Counted from the stretch's first letter, positions 44,753 to 55,399 are shown. The stretch: 64,000 nucleotides of DNA from Candidatus Peregrinibacteria bacterium (GCA_963708185.1 OY970195.1:800001-864000); one strand, 5' to 3'. Numbers and translations: made by a program. Notes: a model not told the origin generated them from the letters alone.

Positions 44753-44789
44753 AAAAAAATCCCCAACGCAACGGTTGGGGGTTTTTTTT
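44753..44789. terminator. Bidirectional terminator closing the giant-gene operon
   Basis: A7-tccccaac...gttggggg-T8. Confidence 0.85.
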
Positions 44790-44863
44790 GCTTTTCTAGG
44801 GCCGTAGTTACAGTTCTTCTGGAACGATGTTCCATAGTTCCTCTTGAGGAACGACACGTCGAT

Positions 44864-45055
44864 TTAACGCAGAACGAAAGAAAAAATGGTTCCTTTGGTT
44901 CTTTCCTTGAGCTGGTTTTTTTCCTTGGCGTTGATGGCGGCGTGCTTGCGCCCTTCCATCACTTCAATGATCTCAACGTTCGAAGCCCGGCAGTATGTGC
45001 AGCTGGGACTTTTACTGGAGATCGAGATTCCGCAATTGGTGCAGTTGAATATCAT
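44864..45055 (-). CDS. Small zinc-ribbon protein
   Basis: CTNCG...CTYC; starts 14 nt after the stop of the HTH gene. Confidence 0.65.
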   Translation of the reverse strand: MIFNCTNCGISISSKSPSCTYCRASNVEIIEVMEGRKHAAINAKEKNQLKERTKGTIFSFVLR

Positions 45056-45069
45056 GTGGGTAAGTAATC

Positions 45070-45516
45070 CTAATCGAGAATGTAATGGTCTAACTCGTCG
45101 GTACGAGTTTTGTTGGGGGTTTGTTCTTGTTCCTTTTTTTTGCTAACAGATCGGACGAAGCTTTCTTTTTTTGGTTCCGGAGTGGTCTCCTCCGATTCCA
45201 AAAGGTTGTCTTCTGATGATCCCCTGGATGATTCTTCGCCTTTTTTCTTTTTTAATCGTTTGTCCGGCGATGGTTTTTCATTCTTGTCTTGAGTGGCCTG
45301 CATTTCTGCTTCCTTCGGAGTAGTCTTGGTGGACTTACTCGCAGCAGCAGCTTCCTGCTCATCGAGGAATTTCATGACATCGCTTTGGCGAATTCTGTAG
45401 ACCCGTCCAAGTTTGCTCGCCCTCAATTTGCCTTGTTTGATAAATTTTAAGACAGTGAAGGGATGCACCTGTAAAATTTGAGCAACTTGATCAGGTGTAA
45501 GGATCTTTTCGTCCAT
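45070..45516 (-). CDS. Excisionase/BldC-like (HTH_17) DNA-binding protein with charged tail
   Basis: ILTPDQVAQILQVHPFTVLKFIKQGKLRASKLGRVYRIRQSDV. Confidence 0.88.
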   Translation of the reverse strand: MDEKILTPDQVAQILQVHPFTVLKFIKQGKLRASKLGRVYRIRQSDVMKFLDEQEAAAASKSTKTTPKEAEMQATQDKNEKPSPDKRLKKKKGEESSRGSSEDNLLESEETTPEPKKESFVRSVSKKKEQEQTPNKTRTDELDHYILD

Positions 45517-45521
45517 TTCTT

Positions 45522-45570
45522 TAAACTGTAAATAAGGTTTTTTGTATTTTTTATACCTTATTTAAGTTTA
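45522..45570. promoter_or_regulatory. Inverted repeat directly upstream of the HTH gene (candidate operator)
   Basis: taaataaggt (45529-45538) and accttattta (45555-45564), extended by taaac/gttta. Confidence 0.5.
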
Positions 45571-45684
45571 GCATATTTTCAAGCAACGAACAATAATATA
45601 TACCTCTGTTTATTTATTTTTATCTATCGGGGACTTTATATCATATTAAAAAACATTTTTCAATAGTTTTAGCAAGTTATTCTT

Positions 45685-45794
45685 ATTCTATTAAATTTAA
45701 TTAAACTTTGTTTAAACATACTTTAAACATTGCCAATTTTTTATTTTTGTTATCTTTTATTAAATTTTATACAATTCTATTAAATTTAATTAAA
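45685..45794. repeat. 21-bp direct repeat in an AT-rich intergenic region
   Basis: attctattaaatttaattaaa at 45685 and 45774. Confidence 0.85.
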
Positions 45795-46001
45795 TCTTTT
45801 AGGGATAATTTATAAAATTGTCGACGTTTTCTCAAAAAAATGTTCAAAACTCTTCCATGCGGTTTTCGTAGAATAAATGTTATTTTTTGTTTTAAATATG
45901 CGGAAAATACGCGTTTAGCTTAAGATTCACGTTTAAAATGGCAGAAAACCTTTCAACGGCTGAGAACCCTGTCTTTTGTAAAACATGGCGGGAATAACGC
46001 C

Positions 46002-47279
46002 TTAAAGCTGTTTCAAGATGTTTTTGACGTTCTCAGCCAAGGACTCATCGCCCATTTTTTGCGCAAGATCAAGCATCTTCCGGTAATCGCCCTTATGGGT
46101 CCTCATTACCGAAAGCTCCCTCAATCCTGCCACGCGGCTCTGAATCTTATTATATTCCTTGGCGTAGCAGGCTTTGACCATCTTTTCATTCCCGATCTTT
46201 GCGAAAAGTTCGCGGGCTTTGCTTAAAGAATCTTTGTTATAGAGGTCGATTGCTTCATGTTCGTCCACGTACTTCTTCAACTCTGCATCCCCGCTCTTTT
46301 CTGCATAAAACCGTGCTTTTTTGTAGTTATGCTCTTTGGAATGGTAAATGACGGCGTTATTGAGGATGGCTGTTCTGAGTTTACGGTCTTCGTCGGTATC
46401 GATGCCCGCCCTTTCCACGAAAAAGAGTGCCGTTTCAAAATCTTTTTCCTTGAGGACCTCGACGGCGACGTTATGGTAAGCGATTTTGAGGTTCTTTGTG
46501 ACCAGTTCGCGTTCGGATGACAGCAAATTGGCGAGGTGAGCGGCCTTTAAAAACTCTCTGGGAGCCACCTTGATCTGTTTATCCCTGAAATCGGAAACAT
46601 CAAGCAGGTTGGTGGAAATAAGCTCAACGATCGGAAGAATCTTAATGTAATCCTTATAATTGGCAAAAGACCCGGCCGTGGCTTCGATATCAATCCCGTT
46701 GAAATGGAGACACACGTGGCGTTCCATGATCTTGATCTGGAGCTCCTTGATCTCATATTTCAGCGAAAAGAGGTACGTATAGAGCGTGACGATCTGGTTA
46801 CAGTCGCCGATGAGCTTCTGGTTGTGCTCAAGGTCTGTCAGGAGTTTTCCGAACGAGGCACCTTCAAGATATTCAAATCTTCCGGCCTGCGGACTCAGGA
46901 AGACCATGATCGCTGCTATAAAACGCAATTTTTCGTTGTCCTGCGGAGATTCCGGCCTACTTAAGCCAAGCTCCATCAGGTTTTTGTCCAGGGCTGCGGC
47001 GTCAATGCTGAGATTTTTTGCGAATTCGAGAAAAATTCCGGCGGTATTCTCGCTGTTGCGGTACATCCTTTTTCTCGCTGAACGCTTGAGGTACTTGTAT
47101 CCTTTGAATTTCGCTTCAAGCCACAAATCCAAAATGACGAGATTCTGCTGCATCAAGTCGAGAATTTTTTCCTGAGCTTCAAAAACTCCGAGAAAAGCTA
47201 TTTTCCGCAAAACTTTTTCGATGCGCTTTTCCTGTTTATCAGCATAACGGGAAAACGGGTTCCAGACGGGTTTGATCAT
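46002..47279 (-). CDS. Transglutaminase-like domain protein with C-terminal TPR-like helices
   Basis: GDCNQIVTLY...HVCLHFNGIDIEAT (Cys-His-Glu spacing), then helical repeats; 3 nt downstream of uvrA. Confidence 0.65.
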   Translation of the reverse strand: MIKPVWNPFSRYADKQEKRIEKVLRKIAFLGVFEAQEKILDLMQQNLVILDLWLEAKFKGYKYLKRSARKRMYRNSENTAGIFLEFAKNLSIDAAALDKNLMELGLSRPESPQDNEKLRFIAAIMVFLSPQAGRFEYLEGASFGKLLTDLEHNQKLIGDCNQIVTLYTYLFSLKYEIKELQIKIMERHVCLHFNGIDIEATAGSFANYKDYIKILPIVELISTNLLDVSDFRDKQIKVAPREFLKAAHLANLLSSERELVTKNLKIAYHNVAVEVLKEKDFETALFFVERAGIDTDEDRKLRTAILNNAVIYHSKEHNYKKARFYAEKSGDAELKKYVDEHEAIDLYNKDSLSKARELFAKIGNEKMVKACYAKEYNKIQSRVAGLRELSVMRTHKGDYRKMLDLAQKMGDESLAENVKNILKQL

Positions 47280-47282
47280 CGT

Positions 47283-50186
47283 TTATTTTTTTGCGGGTTT
47301 AAGGACCTTTTTGAGCCACAAACCGGTGTAGGAGGTCTTGACCTTCGCCACCTCTTCAGGTGTCCCCGAAGCCACGATTTCTCCACCTCCTTCACCGCCA
47401 TCGGGACCGAGATCGACGATATAGTCTACGGATTTGATGACGTCGAGGTTGTGTTCTATTGTCAACACGGTATTGCCTTTATCGACGAGTTTCTGCAGTA
47501 CACCAAGCAGTTTGGCCACGTCGTCGAAATGGAGGCCGGTGGTGGGTTCGTCGAGGACGTAAAGGGTCTGGCCGGTCGAACGTTTAGAAAGCTCGGTCGC
47601 AAGCTTGATGCGCTGGGCTTCACCACCCGAAAGGGTGGTGGCTGATTGGCCGAGGCTAACGTACGAAAGGCCCACCTCGTACAAGGTCTCGAGCTTGGTC
47701 TTGATGTTCGGGATGTTCTGGAAAAACTCCAGGGCCTCGGCCACGGTCATATCAAGGACATCGGCAATGTTCTTGCCGCGGTAGGTGACTTCAAGGGCTT
47801 CGCGGTTATAACGGCGTCCCTTACAGACCTCGCAGGGAACGTAAATATCCGGAAGGAAGTGCATTTCGATCTTCTTGATGCCGTCGCCGGCGCAGGTTTC
47901 GCAGCGTCCGCCTTTGACGTTGAAGCTGAAACGGCCGCTTTTATAGCCTCTGAGCTTGGCTTCGGGTGTTCCTGAGAAAAGGTCGCGAATGTCGGTAAAT
48001 ACGCCAGTATATGTTGCCGGATTCGAGCGTGGAGTTCTGCCGATCGGTGACTGGTCGATATTGATGATCTTATCGAGGTTTTCGACGCCCTCAATGCGTT
48101 CGTGCTTACCGGGATGGTTTTTGGTTCCGTAAATAGCGTGCGAGACGGCTTTGACGAGAATATCGTTGATGAGGGTGGATTTCCCGGAACCGGAAACTCC
48201 CGTCACCCCGATGAAGGTTCCCAGAGGAAAACTTACGGATACGTCCTTGAGGTTGTGCTCCGAGGCTTTGACGATCTTGAACTCGTGGCCGTTGCTTTTG
48301 CGGCGTTTTTTGGGAACAGGGATGATTTTCTTCTCACTGAGATACTGCCCGGTGATGGAGTTGGGATTTTTCATGATTTCGGCCGGGGTGCCGGCAGCAA
48401 CGACTTTTCCGCCGTCTTTGCCCGCTCCGGGACCGATATCCAGAATGTAATCGGAAGAAAGCATCGTATCCACGTCATGTTCGACGACGATGACGGTGTT
48501 TCCCAAGTCCCTCAGCGAAACCAGAGTATTGATGAGCTTGGCGTTATCGTTCTGGTGGAGGCCGATGGAGGGTTCGTCCAGCACGTAGACGACGCCGGAA
48601 AGTTTTGAACCGATCTGCGTCGCCAGGCGGATGCGCTGGGCTTCACCCCCGGAAAGGGTATTGGCCGCGCGGTCCAGGGTCAGGTATGAAAGGCCCACGT
48701 CCTGGAGAAAGCTGAGGCGATTCACGATTTCTTTTAAAATAAGCCGCGCGATCTGTTCTTCCATCGGCGTCAATTTGAGGTTCTGGAAGAAATCCGTAGC
48801 CTTTCTTGCCGAAAACTCAGTGACTTCAATGATATTTTTATCGTTGATACGGACGGAAAGCGCTTCGGGGCGAAGACGGTTGCCGTTACAGGCCGGACAC
48901 TTGAGGATGCGCATGAATTTTTCGATTTTCTTGCGGATGTAGTCGGAATCCGTCTCGAGATAGCGACGTTCAAGGTTGGGAATAACTCCTTCAAAAGTGG
49001 TGGTGTAGTTTCCGCTGAATCCGGCTTCGCGATCTTCCTTGCCGACCTTGACGCTGTATTTGGTTTCGCGCGTTCCGTAAAGGACAATTTCCAGTGCCTC
49101 CTTGCTGAGTTTTTTGACGGGAGCATTCATGCTGAAGCCGTGGGCTTTGGCGACCTGTTCCAGAATGCGGTTGTACCAGGTCAAATGTGACGTCGTCGCG
49201 GACCAGGGCATGATGGCGCCTTCGCCGAGAGTGAGATTGTCGTTGGGGATGACGAGTTTTGGGTCGATTTCCAGTTTGGTGCCGAGTCCATGACAAACCG
49301 GACAGGCACCGTGGGGGCTGTTGAAAGAAAAACTTCTCGGACTGATTTCGGGGATGCTGATGCCACACTTGATGCAGGCAAAATGTTCGGAAAAGATCTC
49401 GTCTTTCCCCGTATCTGCGTCACTGATGATCATGATCCCTTCGCCGAATTTTACTGCAGTCTCGATGGAATCGGCCAGACGGGTGCGGTCGGGATTGGGA
49501 AGCTCGATTTCTTCACCTGATGACATTTTCTGGATCTTCTTTTTAAAATCCTTGATGACGAGGCGGTCCACGACGATTTCGATGGTATGCTTCTTATTCT
49601 CGTCGAGTTCGGGGATATTGAGAATGCTCATTATTTCCCCGTCCAAGCGGATGCGGACGAACCCGTCCTTTTTTATTTTTTCAAAGACTTTGATATGACT
49701 GCCTTTGCGGTCGCGGACAACGGGCGCAAGAAGCATGATCCTTTTGCCTTCTTTCATGCCGGCAACCGTTTCCACGATCTGACTCGTGGTCTGGCGGCTG
49801 ATTTTATTGCCGCATTTCGGACAGTACGGGTGACCGACCTTGGCGAACAAGAGACGTAAATAATCATAAATTTCCGTCACCGTTCCCACGGTTGAACGAG
49901 GGTTGCGGCTGGCGGTTTTCTGGTCGATGGAAATAGCGGGAGAAAGTCCGTCGATGGAGTCGACGTCGGGTTTTTCCATTAACTGGAGGAACTGGCGCGC
50001 ATAGGTGGAAAGGCTTTCCACGTAACGGCGCTGTCCTTCCGCATAAATAGTGTCGAATGCGAGCGATGACTTTCCGGATCCGGAAAGTCCGGTCATGACC
50101 GTCAGCTTCCCTCTTGGAATTTCCACATTGATATTTTTGAGGTTGTGGATGCGGGCTCCTTTCACGACGATTTTTTCAGCAGACAT
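47283..50186 (-). CDS. uvrA: Excinuclease ABC subunit UvrA
   Basis: [23 protein letters not shown], two [12 protein letters not shown] signatures, Zn fingers. Confidence 0.99.
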   Translation of the reverse strand: MSAEKIVVKGARIHNLKNINVEIPRGKLTVMTGLSGSGKSSLAFDTIYAEGQRRYVESLSTYARQFLQLMEKPDVDSIDGLSPAISIDQKTASRNPRSTVGTVTEIYDYLRLLFAKVGHPYCPKCGNKISRQTTSQIVETVAGMKEGKRIMLLAPVVRDRKGSHIKVFEKIKKDGFVRIRLDGEIMSILNIPELDENKKHTIEIVVDRLVIKDFKKKIQKMSSGEEIELPNPDRTRLADSIETAVKFGEGIMIISDADTGKDEIFSEHFACIKCGISIPEISPRSFSFNSPHGACPVCHGLGTKLEIDPKLVIPNDNLTLGEGAIMPWSATTSHLTWYNRILEQVAKAHGFSMNAPVKKLSKEALEIVLYGTRETKYSVKVGKEDREAGFSGNYTTTFEGVIPNLERRYLETDSDYIRKKIEKFMRILKCPACNGNRLRPEALSVRINDKNIIEVTEFSARKATDFFQNLKLTPMEEQIARLILKEIVNRLSFLQDVGLSYLTLDRAANTLSGGEAQRIRLATQIGSKLSGVVYVLDEPSIGLHQNDNAKLINTLVSLRDLGNTVIVVEHDVDTMLSSDYILDIGPGAGKDGGKVVAAGTPAEIMKNPNSITGQYLSEKKIIPVPKKRRKSNGHEFKIVKASEHNLKDVSVSFPLGTFIGVTGVSGSGKSTLINDILVKAVSHAIYGTKNHPGKHERIEGVENLDKIINIDQSPIGRTPRSNPATYTGVFTDIRDLFSGTPEAKLRGYKSGRFSFNVKGGRCETCAGDGIKKIEMHFLPDIYVPCEVCKGRRYNREALEVTYRGKNIADVLDMTVAEALEFFQNIPNIKTKLETLYEVGLSYVSLGQSATTLSGGEAQRIKLATELSKRSTGQTLYVLDEPTTGLHFDDVAKLLGVLQKLVDKGNTVLTIEHNLDVIKSVDYIVDLGPDGGEGGGEIVASGTPEEVAKVKTSYTGLWLKKVLKPAKK

Positions 50187-50323
50187 ATTGAAAAACTCAT
50201 TAAAAAATTAGTAGATCATGAATAATTTCAGGATTTACCTTCTTTATCCATGCACTACACTAGATAGCCACGCTAGCACACTTTTTGCCGTTTAGCAAGG
50301 GTGCGTGTGCGACGAACACAAAC

Positions 50324-50373
50324 AAAAACGGCGGGATGAAAGGGCTGCAGTAATAATGAGCCTAATCCCGCCG
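50324..50373 (-). terminator. Probable terminator downstream of prsW
   Basis: Minus strand cggcgggat...atcccgccg followed by ttttt, with an inner ggct/agcc stem. Confidence 0.55.
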
Positions 50374-50445
50374 GGCGTAAATGTACCAAACGAAATAATT
50401 TTTGCAAGATGATTTTTTCGTTTCTCCTTTTTTGGCTTCGCACAG

Positions 50446-51306
50446 CTATTTTTCCGCATCCTCCAACGCGGGGGTCAATACCCTTCCGTACATCTTGTGG
50501 TCCTCTTTTTTCTCGAGCAGATAGTTGAGCCAGATGTATCCGCCGGTAAGGTAGGGAACAAGCAGGAACGTCCAGTTCATCTCAAGGAAAATGTTGAAAA
50601 GCGCGTGCAGGCCAATGGCTATGACGAGCCCCTGAGTCAGTTTTTCCTCTTTGAAACTGATGTCATTTTTAAAATGAAAAATTGACGCGATTTTACGGAA
50701 AACCGGCCAGTTATTTTTCAAATTTTCGTCTTGAAGGACCGGACCGGCAAAGTGAGCCAAACCATAGTAGTAGCCGAGAATCCCGGAAAACATGATGTGG
50801 GCGAAACTGGAAAAGAGCGATCGGAAGACGAAAGGATAGAGGATGTTTTCGGGACCGCGTTCGGTCATGATGTTGTAGAAGTAGATGATGTTCTCGACAA
50901 ACGCGAAACCCAATGCCACAGTGATGAACATTTCGATGGCGTCGTCGATTGAGGCGATTTTTTCTGCACCGCTCATCTTCACGGCCATGAATTTGGTCAC
51001 TTCCTCAATGACTCCCACGATAAGGAAAGTGAAGAGGACATCAAGAGGAATAGCCGTGAGATTGGCGAATCCGACGAAATCGTCCTGGAACTGGTGAGTG
51101 TAGGCGAAAGCGTTCAGCCAGGGAAAAAATTGCCATAAAAACTTATAGGCCAACAAAGGTGCCACAAAGACCGCACCTGCGATAAAAATGTGGAACGACA
51201 TACTCTTGTTGCCGACCTGCTTTTTATAAAAAATGTATCCCCATACTGCGGCCGGGACGAGGGCGAGGGCGAGGGCGAGGGCTGCTTTCAGGATATTTTC
51301 CGGCAT
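50446..51306 (-). CDS. prsW: PrsW-family intramembrane metalloprotease
   Basis: GVIEEVTKF, GFAFVENIIY, AHIMFSG, LHALFN; multiple TM segments. Confidence 0.92.
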   Translation of the reverse strand: MPENILKAALALALALVPAAVWGYIFYKKQVGNKSMSFHIFIAGAVFVAPLLAYKFLWQFFPWLNAFAYTHQFQDDFVGFANLTAIPLDVLFTFLIVGVIEEVTKFMAVKMSGAEKIASIDDAIEMFITVALGFAFVENIIYFYNIMTERGPENILYPFVFRSLFSSFAHIMFSGILGYYYGLAHFAGPVLQDENLKNNWPVFRKIASIFHFKNDISFKEEKLTQGLVIAIGLHALFNIFLEMNWTFLLVPYLTGGYIWLNYLLEKKEDHKMYGRVLTPALEDAEK

Positions 51307-51453
51307 AGTGGTATTGGTTTTTTGTTTTTTGTCTGGGAAACGGTTTGTTTTCGCTATCAAAATATTATAACATATTTTGACTATTTTTACTATACATGAC
51401 TCCCTATACCAAAAAAACGCTTTCGGGAAGGGGGATGCCTTTCTTCTGCGGTT

Positions 51454-52635
51454 TTACGGGGTGACCTCTTGGAAAAATTTCCTGGCATCGAGCTCCCGGG
51501 CGTGGATGTTGCGGTGGCGGCGGACCGGTTCGTCGATATGGGTCGTGGTGACGATGGTTTGGTGGCCTTGAATGGCCTCCATGAGAAGGTCCTGCCGTTC
51601 GGGATCCAGTTCGGAAAAGACGTCATCGAGCAGGAGAATCGGATTTTGACCGGTCCGTTCTTCGAAAAACTCCAGTTCGATGAGTTTGAGCGCCAGCAAC
51701 AATGAGCGGTACTCACCCCTTGAGGCGTGGGCTGACAATCTGAGGCCGTTGAAACTGAATTCGAGGTCGTCGCGGTGCGGACCGACCGTGGTCACGAGGG
51801 CTTGAAGGTCACGGGCTCTTGCCGAAGCAAGGTTGCCGGCAAAGTGTTCTTTCCAGATTTTTGCGGACTTCGTCTGGTTGGTTGCAGCGGGATCATCGGG
51901 TGCGTTGTAAAAATCCAGGGTGTGATGGTAGATAATCTGCACGTTTTCATTTCCGCGGGAAATTTTGCGGTAGGTTTCGCTGAGCCGCTCCTGGAAAAAC
52001 TCCACGGTCCTGGAGCGCTCCAACATAAGATAACTTCCATGCCGGACCAGTTCTTCATCCCAGATGTCCAGTTCGGAGAGATCAATGTTGCCGCTTCCTG
52101 AATTGCGCTGATCTTTGAGCTTGTGCAGCAAAGCGTTCCTCTGTTTGAGGACTTTCTGGTAGGCCCGGAGGGCGCCGAAATATTTACGGCTCACCTGGAC
52201 GTTCATGATGTTGAGATAGGCGCGGCGCAGGTCCGGTCCAAGGTAGAGCATGTTGAGGTCTTCAGGATGGAAAAAAACGACCTGGCAGCTGCCGATGAAA
52301 TTGGCGGCACTGATTTTGACGCCGTTTTTTTTGAAAGATTTCTGGGGATGGGGTGGTTTGCCCAAAAAGGCTTCCAGTCCAACGGAGTCGGCTCCATCCT
52401 CCATTTCAAAAACACCTTTCACCCGCGCGTATTCACTCTCCCAGCCGATCATGTCCTGCTGTTTCGTGGTGCGAAAAGACTTGGTCAGCGCAAGCAAATA
52501 GATCGACTCCAAAATGTTGGTTTTCCCCAGAGCGTTGGGACCAACGATGGAAGTGATGTGTTCATCGGGATCGAAATTAAGTTCGAGGTTCTGGTAGTTG
52601 CGAAATTTTTCCAGGACCAGTTTGGTAATTCTCAT
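51454..52635 (-). CDS. recF: DNA replication/repair protein RecF
   Basis: FRNY, GPNALGKTNILESI, GPHRDD, ASRGEYR, PILLLDDVFSELD. Confidence 0.96.
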   Translation of the reverse strand: MRITKLVLEKFRNYQNLELNFDPDEHITSIVGPNALGKTNILESIYLLALTKSFRTTKQQDMIGWESEYARVKGVFEMEDGADSVGLEAFLGKPPHPQKSFKKNGVKISAANFIGSCQVVFFHPEDLNMLYLGPDLRRAYLNIMNVQVSRKYFGALRAYQKVLKQRNALLHKLKDQRNSGSGNIDLSELDIWDEELVRHGSYLMLERSRTVEFFQERLSETYRKISRGNENVQIIYHHTLDFYNAPDDPAATNQTKSAKIWKEHFAGNLASARARDLQALVTTVGPHRDDLEFSFNGLRLSAHASRGEYRSLLLALKLIELEFFEERTGQNPILLLDDVFSELDPERQDLLMEAIQGHQTIVTTTHIDEPVRRHRNIHARELDARKFFQEVTP

Positions 52636-53441
52636 GACCTTTCCTGAGCTAAATGATGTTCCGAAAACGCTTCGTAGAATTTTTTCTTGGCTTTGACCAT
52701 GGTTTCGATGCCTTTCATGATGCCTTCACGGAAGGGGTAGCGCGCCAGGACATAATTTTGCAGCGAACTTTCCATATCGGAGACCTGCGCCGAATGGACT
52801 TCCTCATTCATGCTGGCATGACGCTGCAGGATTTCAGACAAATCGATGAGCTTTCCTTTTTCTCCTCCGGGCAGCGTCCCGGTATCTTCGATGTCGGCGC
52901 GGAGTGATGCCCGTATTCCTGCGATTTTTTTCCTGGCCGACGACGGGTTCTCCGGCGGGGGCAGAAGTAATTTTTCGGACTGCCGCATCCTGAGCATCGC
53001 ATAGGCTGCTGCGGCGATTTGAAAATGGTTTCTTTTTCCACCGAGTTTATTGAGGGTCTTCAGAAACGAAAGGGTGCACGGCTCAACGAAACCGATATCC
53101 TTTCGTCTGTGCGGCGTATAGGCGGCAATCTGCTGCAACGCCTGAGCGATGTTGTCGCTTTGGGCCTCAAGCGACGACTCGATCCCGATTCTCAGCAAAT
53201 CGAAAATGTGGGGATCAAGAAAAGCCAACTGCTCTTTCAGTCTCTGCCTTGCTTCATCTTTGAGTTCGCCTTTCCCGAGTTTTATAAAAAGCGGGTTGTT
53301 GAGAATGAGCTCCTTGGCGGCGTAGTCGCCGAGCTGCCGGAGGATCCGCACATCCTGCGGAATCTCTTTTTGCTGCGGCTCTTCATGATTATCGGCCGCA
53401 CCGGGATAACCGGGATACTGGAGAGTGCTCATAAAGCTCAA
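52632..53441 (-). CDS. Hypothetical protein, possibly a degenerate TenA/PqqC/CADD (heme-oxygenase-like) fold
   Basis: NNPLFIKLGKGEL..E, AAAYAM, HASMNEEVHS, KKFYEAF; 4-nt overlap with recF. Confidence 0.5.
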   Translation of the reverse strand: MSFMSTLQYPGYPGAADNHEEPQQKEIPQDVRILRQLGDYAAKELILNNPLFIKLGKGELKDEARQRLKEQLAFLDPHIFDLLRIGIESSLEAQSDNIAQALQQIAAYTPHRRKDIGFVEPCTLSFLKTLNKLGGKRNHFQIAAAAYAMLRMRQSEKLLLPPPENPSSARKKIAGIRASLRADIEDTGTLPGGEKGKLIDLSEILQRHASMNEEVHSAQVSDMESSLQNYVLARYPFREGIMKGIETMVKAKKKFYEAFSEHHLAQERS

Positions 53442-53581
53442 GCGACGCTATCCTCACAATAGTGCGTTTTGGAGGGGGTGGCAAGCATTTTGCTTTGACG
53501 CACTTTTGCGCATTGTATAAACTTTTTCTGCTGCTTTCATTCGTACCGAAGGTGGCTTCCATTCTTAAACCCACACAAACT

Positions 53582-55384
53582 ATGGCAAAGAAAGAACGCG
53601 TAGAGGTCGTCAAAAACGAAGACGAAGAACTTCACGGCATGCGTCATTCCTGCGCGCACATGCTGGCCCAGGCCGTCCTGGAAATGTTTCCCGATGCCAA
53701 ACTCGGCATCGGCCCGACTATTGAAAACGGTTTTTATTACGATTTTGAACTTCCGCGGACGCTGATTCCGGAAGATCTGGCTATTCTCCAGAAAAAGATG
53801 GAGCACATCGCCAAGCAGCGCCAGACTTTCGTGAGAAGGGAAGAGCCGGTGGATGCGGCAATCGAGCTCTACAAAAAAAGCGGCCAGATCTTCAAAATGG
53901 AGATCGCCCAGGATCTGAAGGATGAAGGAGAAAAAACCGTTTCTTTTTATGAGAACCGTTTGCCGAGCGGCGAACTGAAGTTCGTGGATCTCTGCCGCGG
54001 AGGACACAGTGAAAATACCTCCAAAACCGGCGTATTCAAATTGACGAAGATCGCGGGGGCGTACTGGCGCGGCGATGAAAAACGCCCGATGCTCCAGCGT
54101 ATCTACGGAGTCTGCTTTGCCAAAAAGGATGAACTGGATGCGTACGTGAAAATGCTTGAAGAAGCCAAGAAACGTGATCATCGCAAGATCGGACAGGAAC
54201 TTGAGCTGTTCACTTTTCATGAAAATGTTGGTCCCGGTCTTCCGTTGTGGCTGCCCAACGGGACCGTCATTGTTGAGGAACTGGAAAAACTGGCAAAGGA
54301 AACCGAGTTTCACGCAGGATATGAGCGCGTGCGCACCCCGCATATTACGAAAGGGGTGTTGTATCACACTTCAGGGCACCTTCCCTACTACAAGGATTCG
54401 ATGTACTCCCCGATGATGATCGACGAGGAGGAGTATTATCTGAAACCGATGAACTGTCCGCATCATCACATCTGTTACGCGGCTACGCCCAAGAGCTATC
54501 GTGATTTACCTTTACGGTTAGCGGAATACGGTACCTGCTACCGTTACGAAGATTCGGGAGCTTTATTCGGACTGATGCGCGTCCGCAGCATGCAGATGAA
54601 CGACGCCCACATTTACTGCACCGAGGAGCAATTCGAACAGGAGTTCATTTCCGTGGTGGAAATGTACCTTAAATACTTCAAGCTTTTCGGCGTTGAGAAA
54701 TACGTGATGCGTCTTTCGCTTCATGATCCGGCTGAACTTGGGAAAAAATATGTGGATGAACCCGAACTCTGGATCAAGACCGAAGAGATGGTTCGCAGTG
54801 CCATGAAAAAGGCCGGCGTTCCCACCGTTGAAGTCCCCAACGAAGCCGCTTTCTACGGACCGAAAATCGACGTGGAGGTCTGGAGCGCCATCGGACGCGA
54901 GTTCACCCTGGCCACGAACCAGATCGACTTTGCCGTTCCCAAACGGTTCCAGCTCACGTACACCGACGCCGACGGGAAAGATAAAACTCCGTTGTGCATC
55001 CACCGTGCGCCTTTGGGCACGCATGAACGTTTTATCGGCTTTTTGATCGAGCATTTTGGCGGCAATTTCCCAACATGGATGGCTCCGATCCAGGTAAAGG
55101 TTCTTCCGGTCAGCGACAAGTTCAACGATTACGCCCGCGAAGTTTCAACAGAGCTGTTCAACAAAGGCGTCCGCGTGAAGGTCGATGACAGCAACGAAAG
55201 TCTGGGTAAGAAAATCCGCGCCGCTGAGCTGCATAAGGTCCCGTATATGCTTATCGTCGGCGAAAAGGAGGTTGAGAACAGCCAGGTGAGCGTTCGCAGC
55301 CGCAAAACCAAAGAACAGAAAGTCATGGAAGTGGATAAGTTCGCGGTGGAGCTGTTCGAGGAGATTAAAGAGAGAAAATTATAG
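53582..55384 (+). CDS. thrS: Threonyl-tRNA synthetase
   Basis: RHSCAHMLAQA, DLCRGGH, GAYWRGDE, RDHRKIG, LKPMNCPHH, AAFYGPKID, IHRAPLG. Confidence 0.98.
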   Translation: MAKKERVEVVKNEDEELHGMRHSCAHMLAQAVLEMFPDAKLGIGPTIENGFYYDFELPRTLIPEDLAILQKKMEHIAKQRQTFVRREEPVDAAIELYKKSGQIFKMEIAQDLKDEGEKTVSFYENRLPSGELKFVDLCRGGHSENTSKTGVFKLTKIAGAYWRGDEKRPMLQRIYGVCFAKKDELDAYVKMLEEAKKRDHRKIGQELELFTFHENVGPGLPLWLPNGTVIVEELEKLAKETEFHAGYERVRTPHITKGVLYHTSGHLPYYKDSMYSPMMIDEEEYYLKPMNCPHHHICYAATPKSYRDLPLRLAEYGTCYRYEDSGALFGLMRVRSMQMNDAHIYCTEEQFEQEFISVVEMYLKYFKLFGVEKYVMRLSLHDPAELGKKYVDEPELWIKTEEMVRSAMKKAGVPTVEVPNEAAFYGPKIDVEVWSAIGREFTLATNQIDFAVPKRFQLTYTDADGKDKTPLCIHRAPLGTHERFIGFLIEHFGGNFPTWMAPIQVKVLPVSDKFNDYAREVSTELFNKGVRVKVDDSNESLGKKIRAAELHKVPYMLIVGEKEVENSQVSVRSRKTKEQKVMEVDKFAVELFEEIKERKL

Positions 55385-55399
55385 CAAATCACTCTACAA

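Noticed and set aside
44812-44855. GAAC/GTTC mini-palindromes as LexA boxes
   Set aside because: Spacing does not fit GAAC-N4-GTTC and they lie between convergent gene ends
44864-45516. Excisionase as evidence of a prophage or ICE
   Set aside because: No integrase, att-tRNA or phage genes in the window
45863-45890. dif-like ttttcgtagaa-taaatg-ttattttttgt near a gene-orientation switch
   Set aside because: The XerD arm matches poorly and the AT-rich background makes chance matches likely; GC-skew data would be needed
45520-46000. AT-rich region as oriC
   Set aside because: No TTATCCACA DnaA boxes seen and no dnaA/dnaN nearby
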